From positions 1-64,000 of IMG/VR virus record IMGVR_UViG_3300007169_000025: a stretch of 64,000 bases of DNA; one strand, written 5' to 3'. Shown one piece after another: positions 20,406-29,376 of this stretch. Both the position numbers and the translations under genes were made by a program. Source of the DNA: a virus. How positions within the stretch are numbered: position 1 is the first letter of the stretch; each line of letters starts with the position of its first letter. Below the pieces are notes generated by a model that did not search any database, was not told where the DNA came from, and saw only the letters and a program-made list of their open reading frames with translations.

Positions 20406-20828
20406 ATGGAATGGACATATAAAGGTCAAACAGTATCAGACTTGCCAGAGGGTACAGAGGCGTTTGTATATCTAATTACTAACCTTACTAACAACAGAAA
20501 ATATGTTGGTAAAAAGTTAGCAAAATTTAGAAAAACAAAGCCGCCTCTTAAGGGTAGAAAAAACAAGCGTAGAAGTACGATTGAAAGTGATTGGCGAGAG
20601 TATTGGGGTAGTAACGATCATCTTAAAGAAGATGTAGTACAACTAGGACCCGATAACTTTACTAGAGAAATACTTTATTTTTGTCCTAGCAGAGGTGTAG
20701 CTAGTTACTTAGAAGCTCGTGAACAATTTGAGAGAAGAGTACTCGAAACTGATGATTATTATAACGGTATTATCAATGTTCGAGTAGGTAGCTCACAAAT
20801 TTTAAGAGAATCGCTCAAGGCATTATAA
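20406..20828 (+). CDS. Stand-alone GIY-YIG endonuclease (EndoII/Seg-like, catalytic domain only)
   Basis: AFVYLITN...KYVGKK, YWGS, YLE and YYN motifs. Start placed at 20406 because of TAAATA-N5-ATG. Confidence 0.85.
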   Translation: MEWTYKGQTVSDLPEGTEAFVYLITNLTNNRKYVGKKLAKFRKTKPPLKGRKNKRRSTIESDWREYWGSNDHLKEDVVQLGPDNFTREILYFCPSRGVASYLEAREQFERRVLETDDYYNGIINVRVGSSQILRESLKAL

Positions 20829-20840
20829 CTACAAATACAC

Positions 20841-20919
20841 GGCACACATGGCATTTTTAAATTCCTTTCCGGCACATTAATTAAACTATTTTAGGCACAT
20901 TATAGGAACTGTACGGCAC
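20841..20919 (+). repeat. Four dispersed GGCAC(A) direct repeats in AT-rich spacers
   Basis: GGCAC at 20841, 20871, 20894 and 20915, plus GGCAT at 20850. Confidence 0.6.
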
Positions 20920-21240
20920 CCACGATGGTAGTGGGCTCCTTGAGGCTCCGTAGTTTTGGCTACGGCGTCAGATCTGGAGATACAGTCGCAAAGATGCAAT
21001 CTGCGTTATGGCATTGAAAGTATGTGGGCTCTGAGAAAAAGCAACCCACAAGTTGGTATAACTGAACTCTACCAGGTTATATCAATTTCCGCGGGATATC
21101 AGTGACGGAAGTGTATGGGGGGAAAAGGCTCGCTGCCTCCTAGTAGCACCCGGGTTAGAGATGGTGAAGCTCATCGTGATGACGCTTTTCTTTTTGTTCA
21201 CTCCGTAAGGGGTGAACTATGGCTCCACTTTCGTGATAAC
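20906..21240 (+). ncRNA. Candidate structured non-coding RNA or RNA-primed origin
   Basis: GC-richer stretch without a listed ORF, containing at least 7 stems: 20919-20935, 20948-20965, 20987-21005, 21023-21050, 21053-21085, 21087-21110 and 21196-21217 (GTAA tetraloop). G-U pairs favour the + strand. Confidence 0.5.
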
Positions 21241-21320
21241 TTCTTAATAATTAAATCAACTAAAAAAATATCTTACAAGTGAATGAGTGTAGTGAAACGA
21301 AACGAAAGAACGCAGTAAGA

Positions 21321-21338
21321 TAAGACCTTTAGGTCTTA
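21321..21338. terminator. Hairpin at the convergence of the + and - transcription units
   Basis: taagacc-ttta-ggtctta. Confidence 0.45.
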
Positions 21339-21353
21339 ACAGTATAGATGATG

Positions 21354-21596
21354 CTATAGGAATTCGTTCTTGGGTTTGCCTGCCTTAATGCGATTGAAGT
21401 CATTTATAACTTTAATGGCAGTTTCGCGATCATAATTGCTAAGGAACCACACTTCACTCCAGCTGAATGCACCTTCACTGTAAACGACTAGTTCAGTGAG
21501 CTGTAGATGAATTGCGGTTGCTTCGCTTCTTAGCCTGCCTAGATATGAAACTATCTCTTCAGGCGTGGCTCGTGCTAAGAAGCCGTGAAAAAATTT
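21354..21596 (-). CDS. gp51: gp51-like hub/tail assembly chaperone domain, -1 frameshift extension of gp26 (not in the ORF track)
   Basis: 80 sense codons, KFFHGFLARATPEEIVSYLGRLRSE...GAFSWSEVWFLSNYDRETAIKVINDFN...EFL*. No ATG; begins at a slippery site. Confidence 0.7.
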   Translation of the reverse strand, partial: KFFHGFLARATPEEIVSYLGRLRSEATAIHLQLTELVVYSEGAFSWSEVWFLSNYDRETAIKVINDFNRIKAGKPKNEFL

Positions 21597-22423
21597 ACAG
21601 GATCAAATCCAATGTCTTGTTCAAATGGACCGTGCTTGTCGCATTCCAATTGGATTTTCTTATTAACACCAATTTTGTTAATACTTTCAATTTGTTCTTC
21701 AATCTTACGGCCAATTGCAGTTTCACAGTTCTCTAAGAACTCTTTAATTTGTGCGCGGTCATAAACAGTGAACTCTTCTCCATTAGCTACACCGCTAACG
21801 CTGGCTACGCTGTCAACAACTAGATCAAAGTTCATTTGTGCAATACGCACAAAACTTTCGTTAAATGCTTTTAGCTGTTCCATTTCATCTGTAATTGAAG
21901 AAATACTTTGTAGGCTGCGAGTGCTTTGGAAATTTGCAATACCTGCCTTAACAGTACTTTCATATGTAAACGGTCTTAGTGTAATTTCTAAGCCGCTGTC
22001 AGTTTTAAAACTATAAGTTTCTTCTAGAATACTCATAGTTTCTAGTGCAGATTCAACACTAGCAGACGCTGAACACACTTCCCCACATTCTGGACATTTA
22101 CCCGAAACGTCTACACTATCACCGCGACTAGCACCTTGAATAGCAACTAATAATGCTTCAATATCGTTGGAAATCATTTTGCGTGGATTTTTTACTGCGG
22201 GTACACAGCTCATGATAACCTGTGCAACAGCTTCACCGTTAAGCAGCGCATCAGGATTTTTCAAAAGTACTTCGTCCTTAGCAGTCATTGGAAAAATTGG
22301 TAGTTCGCCTGTTTCAGGCATGTCAACTACGTCTTCTGTATAAAATCTTCCAAGACTTGGAAGTTTAGTATACATCTTTGGTGTTCTAAAAAATCCTGCT
22401 AATGGATTGTGTGTCTTTGCCAT
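21575..22423 (-). CDS. gp26: Baseplate hub assembly protein gp26-like
   Basis: KLPSLG, PMTAKDEVLLKNPDALLNG, CPEC and C..H motifs; C-terminal NFF. Confidence 0.8.
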   Translation of the reverse strand: MAKTHNPLAGFFRTPKMYTKLPSLGRFYTEDVVDMPETGELPIFPMTAKDEVLLKNPDALLNGEAVAQVIMSCVPAVKNPRKMISNDIEALLVAIQGASRGDSVDVSGKCPECGEVCSASASVESALETMSILEETYSFKTDSGLEITLRPFTYESTVKAGIANFQSTRSLQSISSITDEMEQLKAFNESFVRIAQMNFDLVVDSVASVSGVANGEEFTVYDRAQIKEFLENCETAIGRKIEEQIESINKIGVNKKIQLECDKHGPFEQDIGFDPVNFFTAS

Positions 22424-22446
22424 ATAAAACTCCTGTTTATAAAACA

Positions 22447-22494
22447 GATAAATATAATTTGATGGTGTTATCTAATCTGCTAGATATATTTATC
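22447..22494. promoter_or_regulatory. Face-to-face late promoters: GATAAATA (+, 22447-22454) for tape measure and (-, 22487-22494) for gp26
   Basis: Both motifs read directly from the sequence. Confidence 0.6.
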
Positions 22495-22525
22495 ACCATA
22501 AAAACTGTGTTTAATGGGTTTTTGA

Positions 22526-25500
22526 ATGGAAATAGGTTTACCTGACGGCAGTACCGCTAAAATCTCAAGTCTACCTGATTTTGCGACCGAAGCCACGCAG
22601 AAGCGTATGCTGGCGCAAATTAGGGCGATGGCTAAGAATAATGACAAACATAAAGACGCATTAGATTCTTTAGTTACTCATGCCGCTGGCGCTGCTAAGG
22701 CCGATGCAAAAGCAGCCGAAGAGCAGAAGAAAGCCACAAAAGAAATAGCCAAAGAAATTGGTACCGGCCTTAAAGGACTCCGCACACGATTTGCTGATCG
22801 CATTGAAGCAGATACTCAACAGGTATTTGGCTTTGCTACAATGGCATTGGGTAAACTAGCTACCGCTGCCGTAGCTGCTACTGGATTTATGGTTGGCCTT
22901 GCAAAGGCCACAGCGGCATATGCTGAAGATACTGGCCGTCAGCTAGATGCTGTAACCGCTGCCGGCGCCGGATTTGGTGATAGCTTTGGCGGTAGCATGA
23001 GTGGCGTTATTAACGGCATGCGAGGCTATGGTTTAACACTTGAACAATCTGCAGGATTAATGTCAGAATTTAGTCGTGCAACCCAAACAGTTGGCAAGTA
23101 TCGTATACCAGCACTATCTGGACAGTTTTTAGCACTTACTAGAAATGGTAAAGAGTTAGGCTTAACAATTTACGAAGCATCTCGTGCAATGATGGACGAA
23201 TTGCAGCAAAGATCAGAGTTGTACGATGTGTCTCAAATGGATTCTCGTACACTATCAATGAGTGTTGCTAGATCTATTAAATTACAGAACCAATATGCTG
23301 GCGCATTAGGCATGAGTGTTGACCAACTTAGAAAATCAGTAGCAGCACAAGTTAAGGGTAATGATTATATTCTAGCTTCATCGCTAAAGTTTGGTCCTCA
23401 GTTTACACAAAACATGGCTGATTTTGCTACAGTTCTTAAAGGTTCTGCAGGCGACAGCATCGCGCCAGTCAGCGATGCAATTATGAGTTTGATTGCAGCA
23501 CCAGAATCTCAAATAACTGAGCAAGGTCAAGCAATCAGAATGTTTGGTTCGCAACTAGCAGGTGTAGGTGTTGATCTAAACGGATTCATTAACAAGTATC
23601 AACAGCAGGTATTAGCTACAGGTCAGTTTGATGGCCAAGCCGTAGGCGAAGAATTATTAGGTATCTTTAGAGCTGCAATTGGTAAAGGTGCTGATCTTTC
23701 AACAATTCTAAGTCAAGCTAAAGCAGCCGGTTTGAATCCAGAAATGATTCAATCTTTGACACAATCATTGGTTAATCTGCAGACTAGTGCAAATACAACA
23801 GCAAAAGATTTAAAACCAGATCCTTTCCAAGAGCAGGTAAATTCAATGCGTAATACAATGAATGCATTGAACGCTGTATTAGACGGCGCCAAACAAAACT
23901 TGTTTGGTGCAGCATACAAAGACATGCAGGCTATTATTGAAGGAATAACATTACTAATAGAGCCATTAAGTCAGGCATTTGTTGAAATAGTTCGTGCATT
24001 AACCGGCACAGGTGCAGGCGAGAGTCTCAAAGATTCGATTAAATCTTTTGGCCCTACAATTAGAGAAGCTGGTACAACTATAGCTAATTTTATCAGAGGC
24101 ATACGAGAGACCTTTGACAAATTTAAAGGTGAAGATGGAAAAATAAACTGGGCAGGATTTATTGGCCAAATGGTAACTGATGCAATATGGGGAGCATTTA
24201 GTTTAGCAGGCGATATTATTGCTGCCGCAGCAGGAGCAATTTGGGAAAATCCAAAAATTCTTGGAGCCATACTTGCAGGCCTCGGTACACTATTTGCTAT
24301 AGCCGCTGCTAAAGCAGCCGCTGGTGCAGTGGTTGGTGGGTTAACAGATAAAATTAGAGATCGAGTTTCAGGTCGAGCAGCCGCCGCTGCAACACAGGCT
24401 GCACCTGCTGGCCGTGCAGGCCGAGGTGCAACAGCTACCATGGGAGAATCGTTTGGCAAATCTCTAAGTGGTATTGGTAAAGGAATTGGAGACTTTGCTA
24501 AAAATGTAGGTAAAGGCGCCGGCGCATTATTAACTTCTGTAGGTACAGGTATAGGTAATTTAGGCACAGGATTAGCTAAATTTGGCGCCGCGGCAGGACG
24601 AGGAATAGGTCAAGCTATTGCTGGTATAATGACAGGATTAGCAACCGGTGCAACAGCATTAGGTACGGCAGTTGCTACAGGTGTTGGTGCATTAGGTCTA
24701 GCTGCATTTGCAGGTATTATTCTTGCTATTGGCGGCGCATTAAGATTAGCAGCACCGTTTATGAAAGAAGCTGCACCTGTGTTAATGAAGCTAATTGAAG
24801 TAGTTGGCCAAGTGGCACTAGGCGGCCTAAAAGAAATCGGTGAAACAATTCGAGCAATTGCTGATGTAATTGGAAACGTATTAATTTCTGCAATACGTGA
24901 AGTTCCAAATATTATTAGAGCTGTAGGAGATGGTATTAAATCTGTATTTGATGGTGTTAGTGGTTTAGTTACATCCATGGGTACACAGATTCAAGGTATT
25001 ATTAATAGTGTTGCTGGCGGTATTTCACAAGTAATCAGTACTATGCGCGGCGCCCAAGATGAGGCAATGCTAATAAAAGCACAAACTGATTCTGTTAAAG
25101 AATTATCCAATATTCAACCAGGTAATATATCAGCAGTAGCAGGTGCAATTAAACAGTTAGCCGCTGCATTATCAGCCTTTGGTGATGCATCAGGGGGCAC
25201 CTGGAACGAAATGATCAAGGGTGCAATGGGCGGCGGCAGAACCAATGCTATTGCAGCACAAATTGAATTGTTTAATCAGTTTGGTACACTTAATACTCAA
25301 GCATTACTTGCTGGTGCATCTGCAATTACAAAGTTGACTGAGTCTCTAAACAAATTTACTGAAATTGATGTAAAGAAAATGACATCAGTGAACGAATCTA
25401 TTCATGCAATGACTCGAGCTAATGATGCTACTATTAAAACAATGGAGCGAGTAGCAAAACTTGATGGTAAAGTTATTGCTGAAAATGCTCGTGCTATTAT

Positions 25501-25765
25501 GATTTATAATGGCGCAGCACAAGGTGAAATTATTGTCCCACCAACACCGGCAGCCGGCGCTGATTTATCTAGTTTCTATCAAGCTATTGTTAGAGCATTA
25601 AATGGCGGCACGCCAGTAAGTCAAGCAAACCTAAATCCAAATAGAGATAGCGGAAGCCAGCCTGAAACACTACAACAGCAAATGGTAAGACTACTTTCTA
25701 CCATTGAATCTAATACTGCAACAGCAAATAGAAAATTAGATGAAGTAACCAAGGCTGTTCGATAA
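22526..25765 (+). CDS. Tape measure protein
   Basis: 1079 aa, Ala/Gly-rich helical composition with hydrophobic segments; lies between the chaperones and the portal. Confidence 0.75.
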   Translation: MEIGLPDGSTAKISSLPDFATEATQKRMLAQIRAMAKNNDKHKDALDSLVTHAAGAAKADAKAAEEQKKATKEIAKEIGTGLKGLRTRFADRIEADTQQVFGFATMALGKLATAAVAATGFMVGLAKATAAYAEDTGRQLDAVTAAGAGFGDSFGGSMSGVINGMRGYGLTLEQSAGLMSEFSRATQTVGKYRIPALSGQFLALTRNGKELGLTIYEASRAMMDELQQRSELYDVSQMDSRTLSMSVARSIKLQNQYAGALGMSVDQLRKSVAAQVKGNDYILASSLKFGPQFTQNMADFATVLKGSAGDSIAPVSDAIMSLIAAPESQITEQGQAIRMFGSQLAGVGVDLNGFINKYQQQVLATGQFDGQAVGEELLGIFRAAIGKGADLSTILSQAKAAGLNPEMIQSLTQSLVNLQTSANTTAKDLKPDPFQEQVNSMRNTMNALNAVLDGAKQNLFGAAYKDMQAIIEGITLLIEPLSQAFVEIVRALTGTGAGESLKDSIKSFGPTIREAGTTIANFIRGIRETFDKFKGEDGKINWAGFIGQMVTDAIWGAFSLAGDIIAAAAGAIWENPKILGAILAGLGTLFAIAAAKAAAGAVVGGLTDKIRDRVSGRAAAAATQAAPAGRAGRGATATMGESFGKSLSGIGKGIGDFAKNVGKGAGALLTSVGTGIGNLGTGLAKFGAAAGRGIGQAIAGIMTGLATGATALGTAVATGVGALGLAAFAGIILAIGGALRLAAPFMKEAAPVLMKLIEVVGQVALGGLKEIGETIRAIADVIGNVLISAIREVPNIIRAVGDGIKSVFDGVSGLVTSMGTQIQGIINSVAGGISQVISTMRGAQDEAMLIKAQTDSVKELSNIQPGNISAVAGAIKQLAAALSAFGDASGGTWNEMIKGAMGGGRTNAIAAQIELFNQFGTLNTQALLAGASAITKLTESLNKFTEIDVKKMTSVNESIHAMTRANDATIKTMERVAKLDGKVIAENARAIMIYNGAAQGEIIVPPTPAAGADLSSFYQAIVRALNGGTPVSQANLNPNRDSGSQPETLQQQMVRLLSTIESNTATANRKLDEVTKAVR

Positions 25766-25806
25766 CTGTTAGTGTTCTATATATTTGATAAAAAGTTTCT
25801 TTCAAC

Positions 25807-25814
25807 GATAAATA
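25807..25814 (+). promoter_or_regulatory. Late promoter GATAAATA
   Basis: Upstream of the portal gene. Confidence 0.65.
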
Positions 25815-25845
25815 GTGCTATAATTCAAAAGAAAGAGGCTAATTA

Positions 25846-27576
25846 ATGAGTTGGCGCAAACATTTTACACCAGTTAACAACAGCGGCTTACCGCTGAATA
25901 TTCAGCGAGCTGATTTTTCAACTGGCGGCGGCGCCGCAGTAGCTAGTAGATATGCAAGTTGGCTACCAGAAGTTTATGCCGGTTCTCCAAATCGCTTAAT
26001 GCGTTATATCCAATATGATCAGATGGATCAGGATTTGGAAATTAATGCTGCCTTAGATACCATTGCTGAATTTGGCACACAGGAAGATGAATATAGTGGT
26101 TTGCCATTTACTATTGAATATGACGGCGAACCAACTGACACTGAAAATAAAATTCTAGTTAAAACACTACAACAGTGGTGTAATCTTAACCAATTAAAGA
26201 AGCGTGCTTTCCGTATTTTCCGCAGTACTATTAAGTATGGCGACCAGTTTTTTATTCGTGATCCTGAAACCTATGAATTATATTGGGTTGATCCTGCTAA
26301 CATTGAAAAAGTAATTGTCAATGAAAGCGAAGGTAAAAAGATTGAAGCATACTACATTAAAAACCTAGATCCTAACTTTGCTGAAATGTCAGCTACCACA
26401 ACCGCTGCACTACATGCTCGTCCTTATGGCAGTGGACAAGGTTTAACAGGCGTAATGAGCAGCGTTGCTACTAGCACCAGTAATTATCTAACAGGTGCAA
26501 TGAATGGCGTTGACCAAGGTATGCCTATTGATGCAAAGCATGTGGTTCATATCAGCTTAACAGAAGGCATGGATAATGCTTGGCCGTTTGGTGTTAGCAT
26601 CCTAGAACCAATCTTTAAAGTATTCAAGCAAAAAGAACTGTTAGAAGATAGTATCATTATCTATCGTGTACACCGTGCGCCAGAACGCCGTGTGTTCTTT
26701 ATTGATGTAGGTAACATGCCTCCACACAAGGCACGCCAGTATCTAGAACAAGTTAAGTATGAAGTACAGCAAAAGCGTGTACCTAATAAAAATAAGAATG
26801 GTGAAAGTGTAGTAGACGCTGCATATAATCCTATGAGCATGTTGGAAGATTACTTCTTTGCCCAAACAGCAGACGGCCGCGGCAGTAAAGTTGACACACT
26901 ACCAGGCGGCGAAAACCTAGGTCAGATTGACGATTTACGCTACTTTAATAACAAACTGCTACGCGGTTTGCGTATTCCATCTAGCTATTTGCCCACAGGC
27001 CCAGAAGACGGTTCTGCACAATACAACGATGGTAAAGTGGGTGTTGCATACATTCAAGAATTCCGCTTTGCCAAATATGTAGAACGCCTACAAAAGCAAA
27101 TTGAAGAAGATCTAGACAACGAATTTAAAATGTTTTTAAAGAAGCGCGGTATTGAGATTGATAACAGCGATTTTAAAATTGCATTCAATAAGCCAATGAA
27201 CTTTAGCAGCTATCGAGAACTACAATTAGATTCGGAAAGAGCAACATTGTATACTACATTGCAGAATACACCTCATCTAGCTAATCAGTTTAAACTAAAG
27301 AAATATCTTGGCTTAACTGATGTTGAAATTAAAGAAAATGAAATGCTATGGCGTCAAGAAAATGGTGCTGAAAAATTCAACGATGACGATCGTCAAACAA
27401 CACTTAAAAATATTGGTATAAGACCTGCACCTGAACTTGAGGTAAATACAGATATAGGTACAGAAGATTTGGAAAATATTGAACCTACACCAGATCAGCA
27501 GGGTATCGAAGCTTCACCAGCTGGCGGCGCAGAAGCACCAGCAGTGGGAGCAACAACACCGGGGGCAGGGCTATAA
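25846..27576 (+). CDS. gp20: Portal vertex protein gp20
   Basis: LEDSIIIYRVHRAPERRVFFIDVGNMP and MLEDYFF...GRGSKVDTLPGGENLGQIDD motifs. Confidence 0.95.
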   Translation: MSWRKHFTPVNNSGLPLNIQRADFSTGGGAAVASRYASWLPEVYAGSPNRLMRYIQYDQMDQDLEINAALDTIAEFGTQEDEYSGLPFTIEYDGEPTDTENKILVKTLQQWCNLNQLKKRAFRIFRSTIKYGDQFFIRDPETYELYWVDPANIEKVIVNESEGKKIEAYYIKNLDPNFAEMSATTTAALHARPYGSGQGLTGVMSSVATSTSNYLTGAMNGVDQGMPIDAKHVVHISLTEGMDNAWPFGVSILEPIFKVFKQKELLEDSIIIYRVHRAPERRVFFIDVGNMPPHKARQYLEQVKYEVQQKRVPNKNKNGESVVDAAYNPMSMLEDYFFAQTADGRGSKVDTLPGGENLGQIDDLRYFNNKLLRGLRIPSSYLPTGPEDGSAQYNDGKVGVAYIQEFRFAKYVERLQKQIEEDLDNEFKMFLKKRGIEIDNSDFKIAFNKPMNFSSYRELQLDSERATLYTTLQNTPHLANQFKLKKYLGLTDVEIKENEMLWRQENGAEKFNDDDRQTTLKNIGIRPAPELEVNTDIGTEDLENIEPTPDQQGIEASPAGGAEAPAVGATTPGAGL

Positions 27577-27577
27577 C

Positions 27578-27775
27578 ATGAGATTAAACGAGTTTTATAA
27601 TCCAGAAAACGATGCATGGCAGCGTAAAGAAATAGGTGACACTCGTAAGCCTAAGCTAACTTTAGAACAGTTAAACAAGCTACGCAAGGTGAGAGAAATC
27701 AAGAAAGCAGAACAAATTGAGCATGATAAATTTGTTCGTATGATGTATGCTCAGCCCGCACAAAGCCAGGTCTAA
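27578..27775 (+). CDS. Small head-region protein
   Basis: MRLNEFY...DTRKPKLTLEQLNKLRK; ATG just after the portal stop, preferred over the track start at 27479. Confidence 0.65.
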   Translation: MRLNEFYNPENDAWQRKEIGDTRKPKLTLEQLNKLRKVREIKKAEQIEHDKFVRMMYAQPAQSQV

Positions 27776-27952
27776 ACTACATAGTTTATATTTGAAAATC
27801 AGCTACTAAATAAATTTAATAAGCTAAATTCTTCAAAATTCTTCAAAAACACACCATTATAGTGGTAAAAACTCCATAAATCTATAAGTAATATTGTAGA
27901 AGGGTGCCTGTAGTGTACCCTATCTTGTATTTTCTAATTTTAGGAGGCCACA

Positions 27953-28717
27953 ATGTCAGAATCAAGAGCTAAATTAGAGCAGATTCTCGAACTCCTTCTT
28001 GCTGAGGATAACGAAAAAGCCGAAGAAATGCTACATGAATATGTAGTAGCTAAGGCTCGTTCAGAATATGAGCGTGTTCTCGAAGCAGAAGATGAAGTTG
28101 AAGAATCAGCTGAAGAATCAGAAGAATCAGTAGAAGAAACAATCGATCAAAGCAATGACTTTGAAGATGATATTCTAGCTGACCAAGAAGAAATCGATGC
28201 CGACGAAACAGGTCTTTCAGAAGAAGGCGATGAAGAAGAAGGCGAAGAAGGCGAAGAAGAAGGCGAAGGCGACCTAGAAGATAAGGTCGACGAGCTAGAA
28301 TCAGAATTAGCCGATCTTAAAGCAGACTTTGAAAAGCTAATGGCTGGTGACGAAGGCGAAGAAGGCGACGACATGGGCATGGATATGGGCATGGACGACG
28401 CTGAAGATGCAGAAGATGCTGAAGACAAAATGATGGATTCAGTTGAATATGATCTAGACGAAGAAGTTGAAGAAGACAGCGAAGTTGTTGAAGAAGCTAC
28501 AAAGCTTCAGGACAAAGTTGCTGCTCCTAAGGCTCCAGCTGACGAAGGCGCAAAGTCTTTTGCAGCACCAAAGAAGCACTTCAATCTAAGCGGTCAATCA
28601 GTTCCAAAGATCAAAGATGGCAGCGAAGGCGACAAGGGCGCTAACAAGCCAAAGGATCACACACCTACAAACAACATGGGCATCAAGCCAGCCAAGGTCA
28701 GCGTACCTAAGGCTTAA
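27953..28717 (+). CDS. Acidic prohead core protein (gp67/gp68-like by position)
   Basis: Very E/D-rich; SD AGGAGG; between portal and protease; TATAAGTA late-like motif at 27883-27890. Confidence 0.65.
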   Translation: MSESRAKLEQILELLLAEDNEKAEEMLHEYVVAKARSEYERVLEAEDEVEESAEESEESVEETIDQSNDFEDDILADQEEIDADETGLSEEGDEEEGEEGEEEGEGDLEDKVDELESELADLKADFEKLMAGDEGEEGDDMGMDMGMDDAEDAEDAEDKMMDSVEYDLDEEVEEDSEVVEEATKLQDKVAAPKAPADEGAKSFAAPKKHFNLSGQSVPKIKDGSEGDKGANKPKDHTPTNNMGIKPAKVSVPKA

Positions 28718-28737
28718 TTGTAGGCGAGGAAATTATA

Positions 28738-29361
28738 ATGGCACGCAAACTTTATGAATTTATGAACCCAGAAATGGGTAAATTCAAGCTCATGGAAAGT
28801 GAAGACGGCAAGGAATTATTCATGCAAGGTCTTTTCATTCAGGGCGACATAAAGAATCAAAACGGTCGCGTTTACCCTGGTAGCGAGATCGAGCGTGCCT
28901 GTAATGCAATCAGAGAACGATTGAAGAAGGGCGAAACAGTTTTAGGTGAACTAGATCATCCTGAAGAACTTCAAATCAATCTTGATCGTGTGAGCCACAT
29001 AATTACAGACATGTATTGTGATGGCTCAGACGGTATTGGTAAACTTAAGATCATAGATACACCTATGGGTAATATTGCTCGCAGTTTGTTAAAAGCTGGA
29101 GCAAAACTGGGCGTTAGTAGTCGTGGTAGCGGAAATGTTACAGATTCAGGTCGCGTATCTGACTTTGACATTGTTACTGTAGACATTGTGGCCCAGCCCA
29201 GTGCACCAGATGCATATCCAAAAACAATCTATGAGAGTTTGTTTAATATGCGCGGCGGTGCCGCTGTTCATAGAATAGCAGCCGCTGCAAGTTACGATAA
29301 AAGTGCAGAAAAACATCTAACGAGTGAAATCACTAAACTCATTAGAGAACTTAAACTATAA
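28738..29361 (+). CDS. gp21: Prohead protease gp21
   Basis: NQNGRVYP, GELDHP, GVSSRGSG and DIVAQPSAPDA motifs. Confidence 0.93.
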   Translation: MARKLYEFMNPEMGKFKLMESEDGKELFMQGLFIQGDIKNQNGRVYPGSEIERACNAIRERLKKGETVLGELDHPEELQINLDRVSHIITDMYCDGSDGIGKLKIIDTPMGNIARSLLKAGAKLGVSSRGSGNVTDSGRVSDFDIVTVDIVAQPSAPDAYPKTIYESLFNMRGGAAVHRIAAAASYDKSAEKHLTSEITKLIRELKL

Positions 29362-29376
29362 AAGTAGGAGACTACT

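Noticed and set aside
20841-20919. CRISPR or TIGR-type array
   Set aside because: Repeats are only 5-7 nt with irregular spacing, and no cas or Nop-domain gene was recognised in the window.
20900-21240. Group I intron (GAGATACAGTC resembles the S element; nuclease adjacent)
   Set aside because: No interrupted gene, the P7-like pairing lacks the canonical G-C after the bulge, and the P3-P9 order could not be built.
21512-21736. 74-aa + strand ORF
   Set aside because: Antisense to the gp26/gp51 frames, which explain the region better.
27826-27845. Tandem AAATTCTTCA x2
   Set aside because: Two short AT-rich copies only; no supporting context.
28080-28500. GAAGAAGGC-type tandem repeats
   Set aside because: Low-complexity Glu/Gly coding sequence in the acidic core protein.
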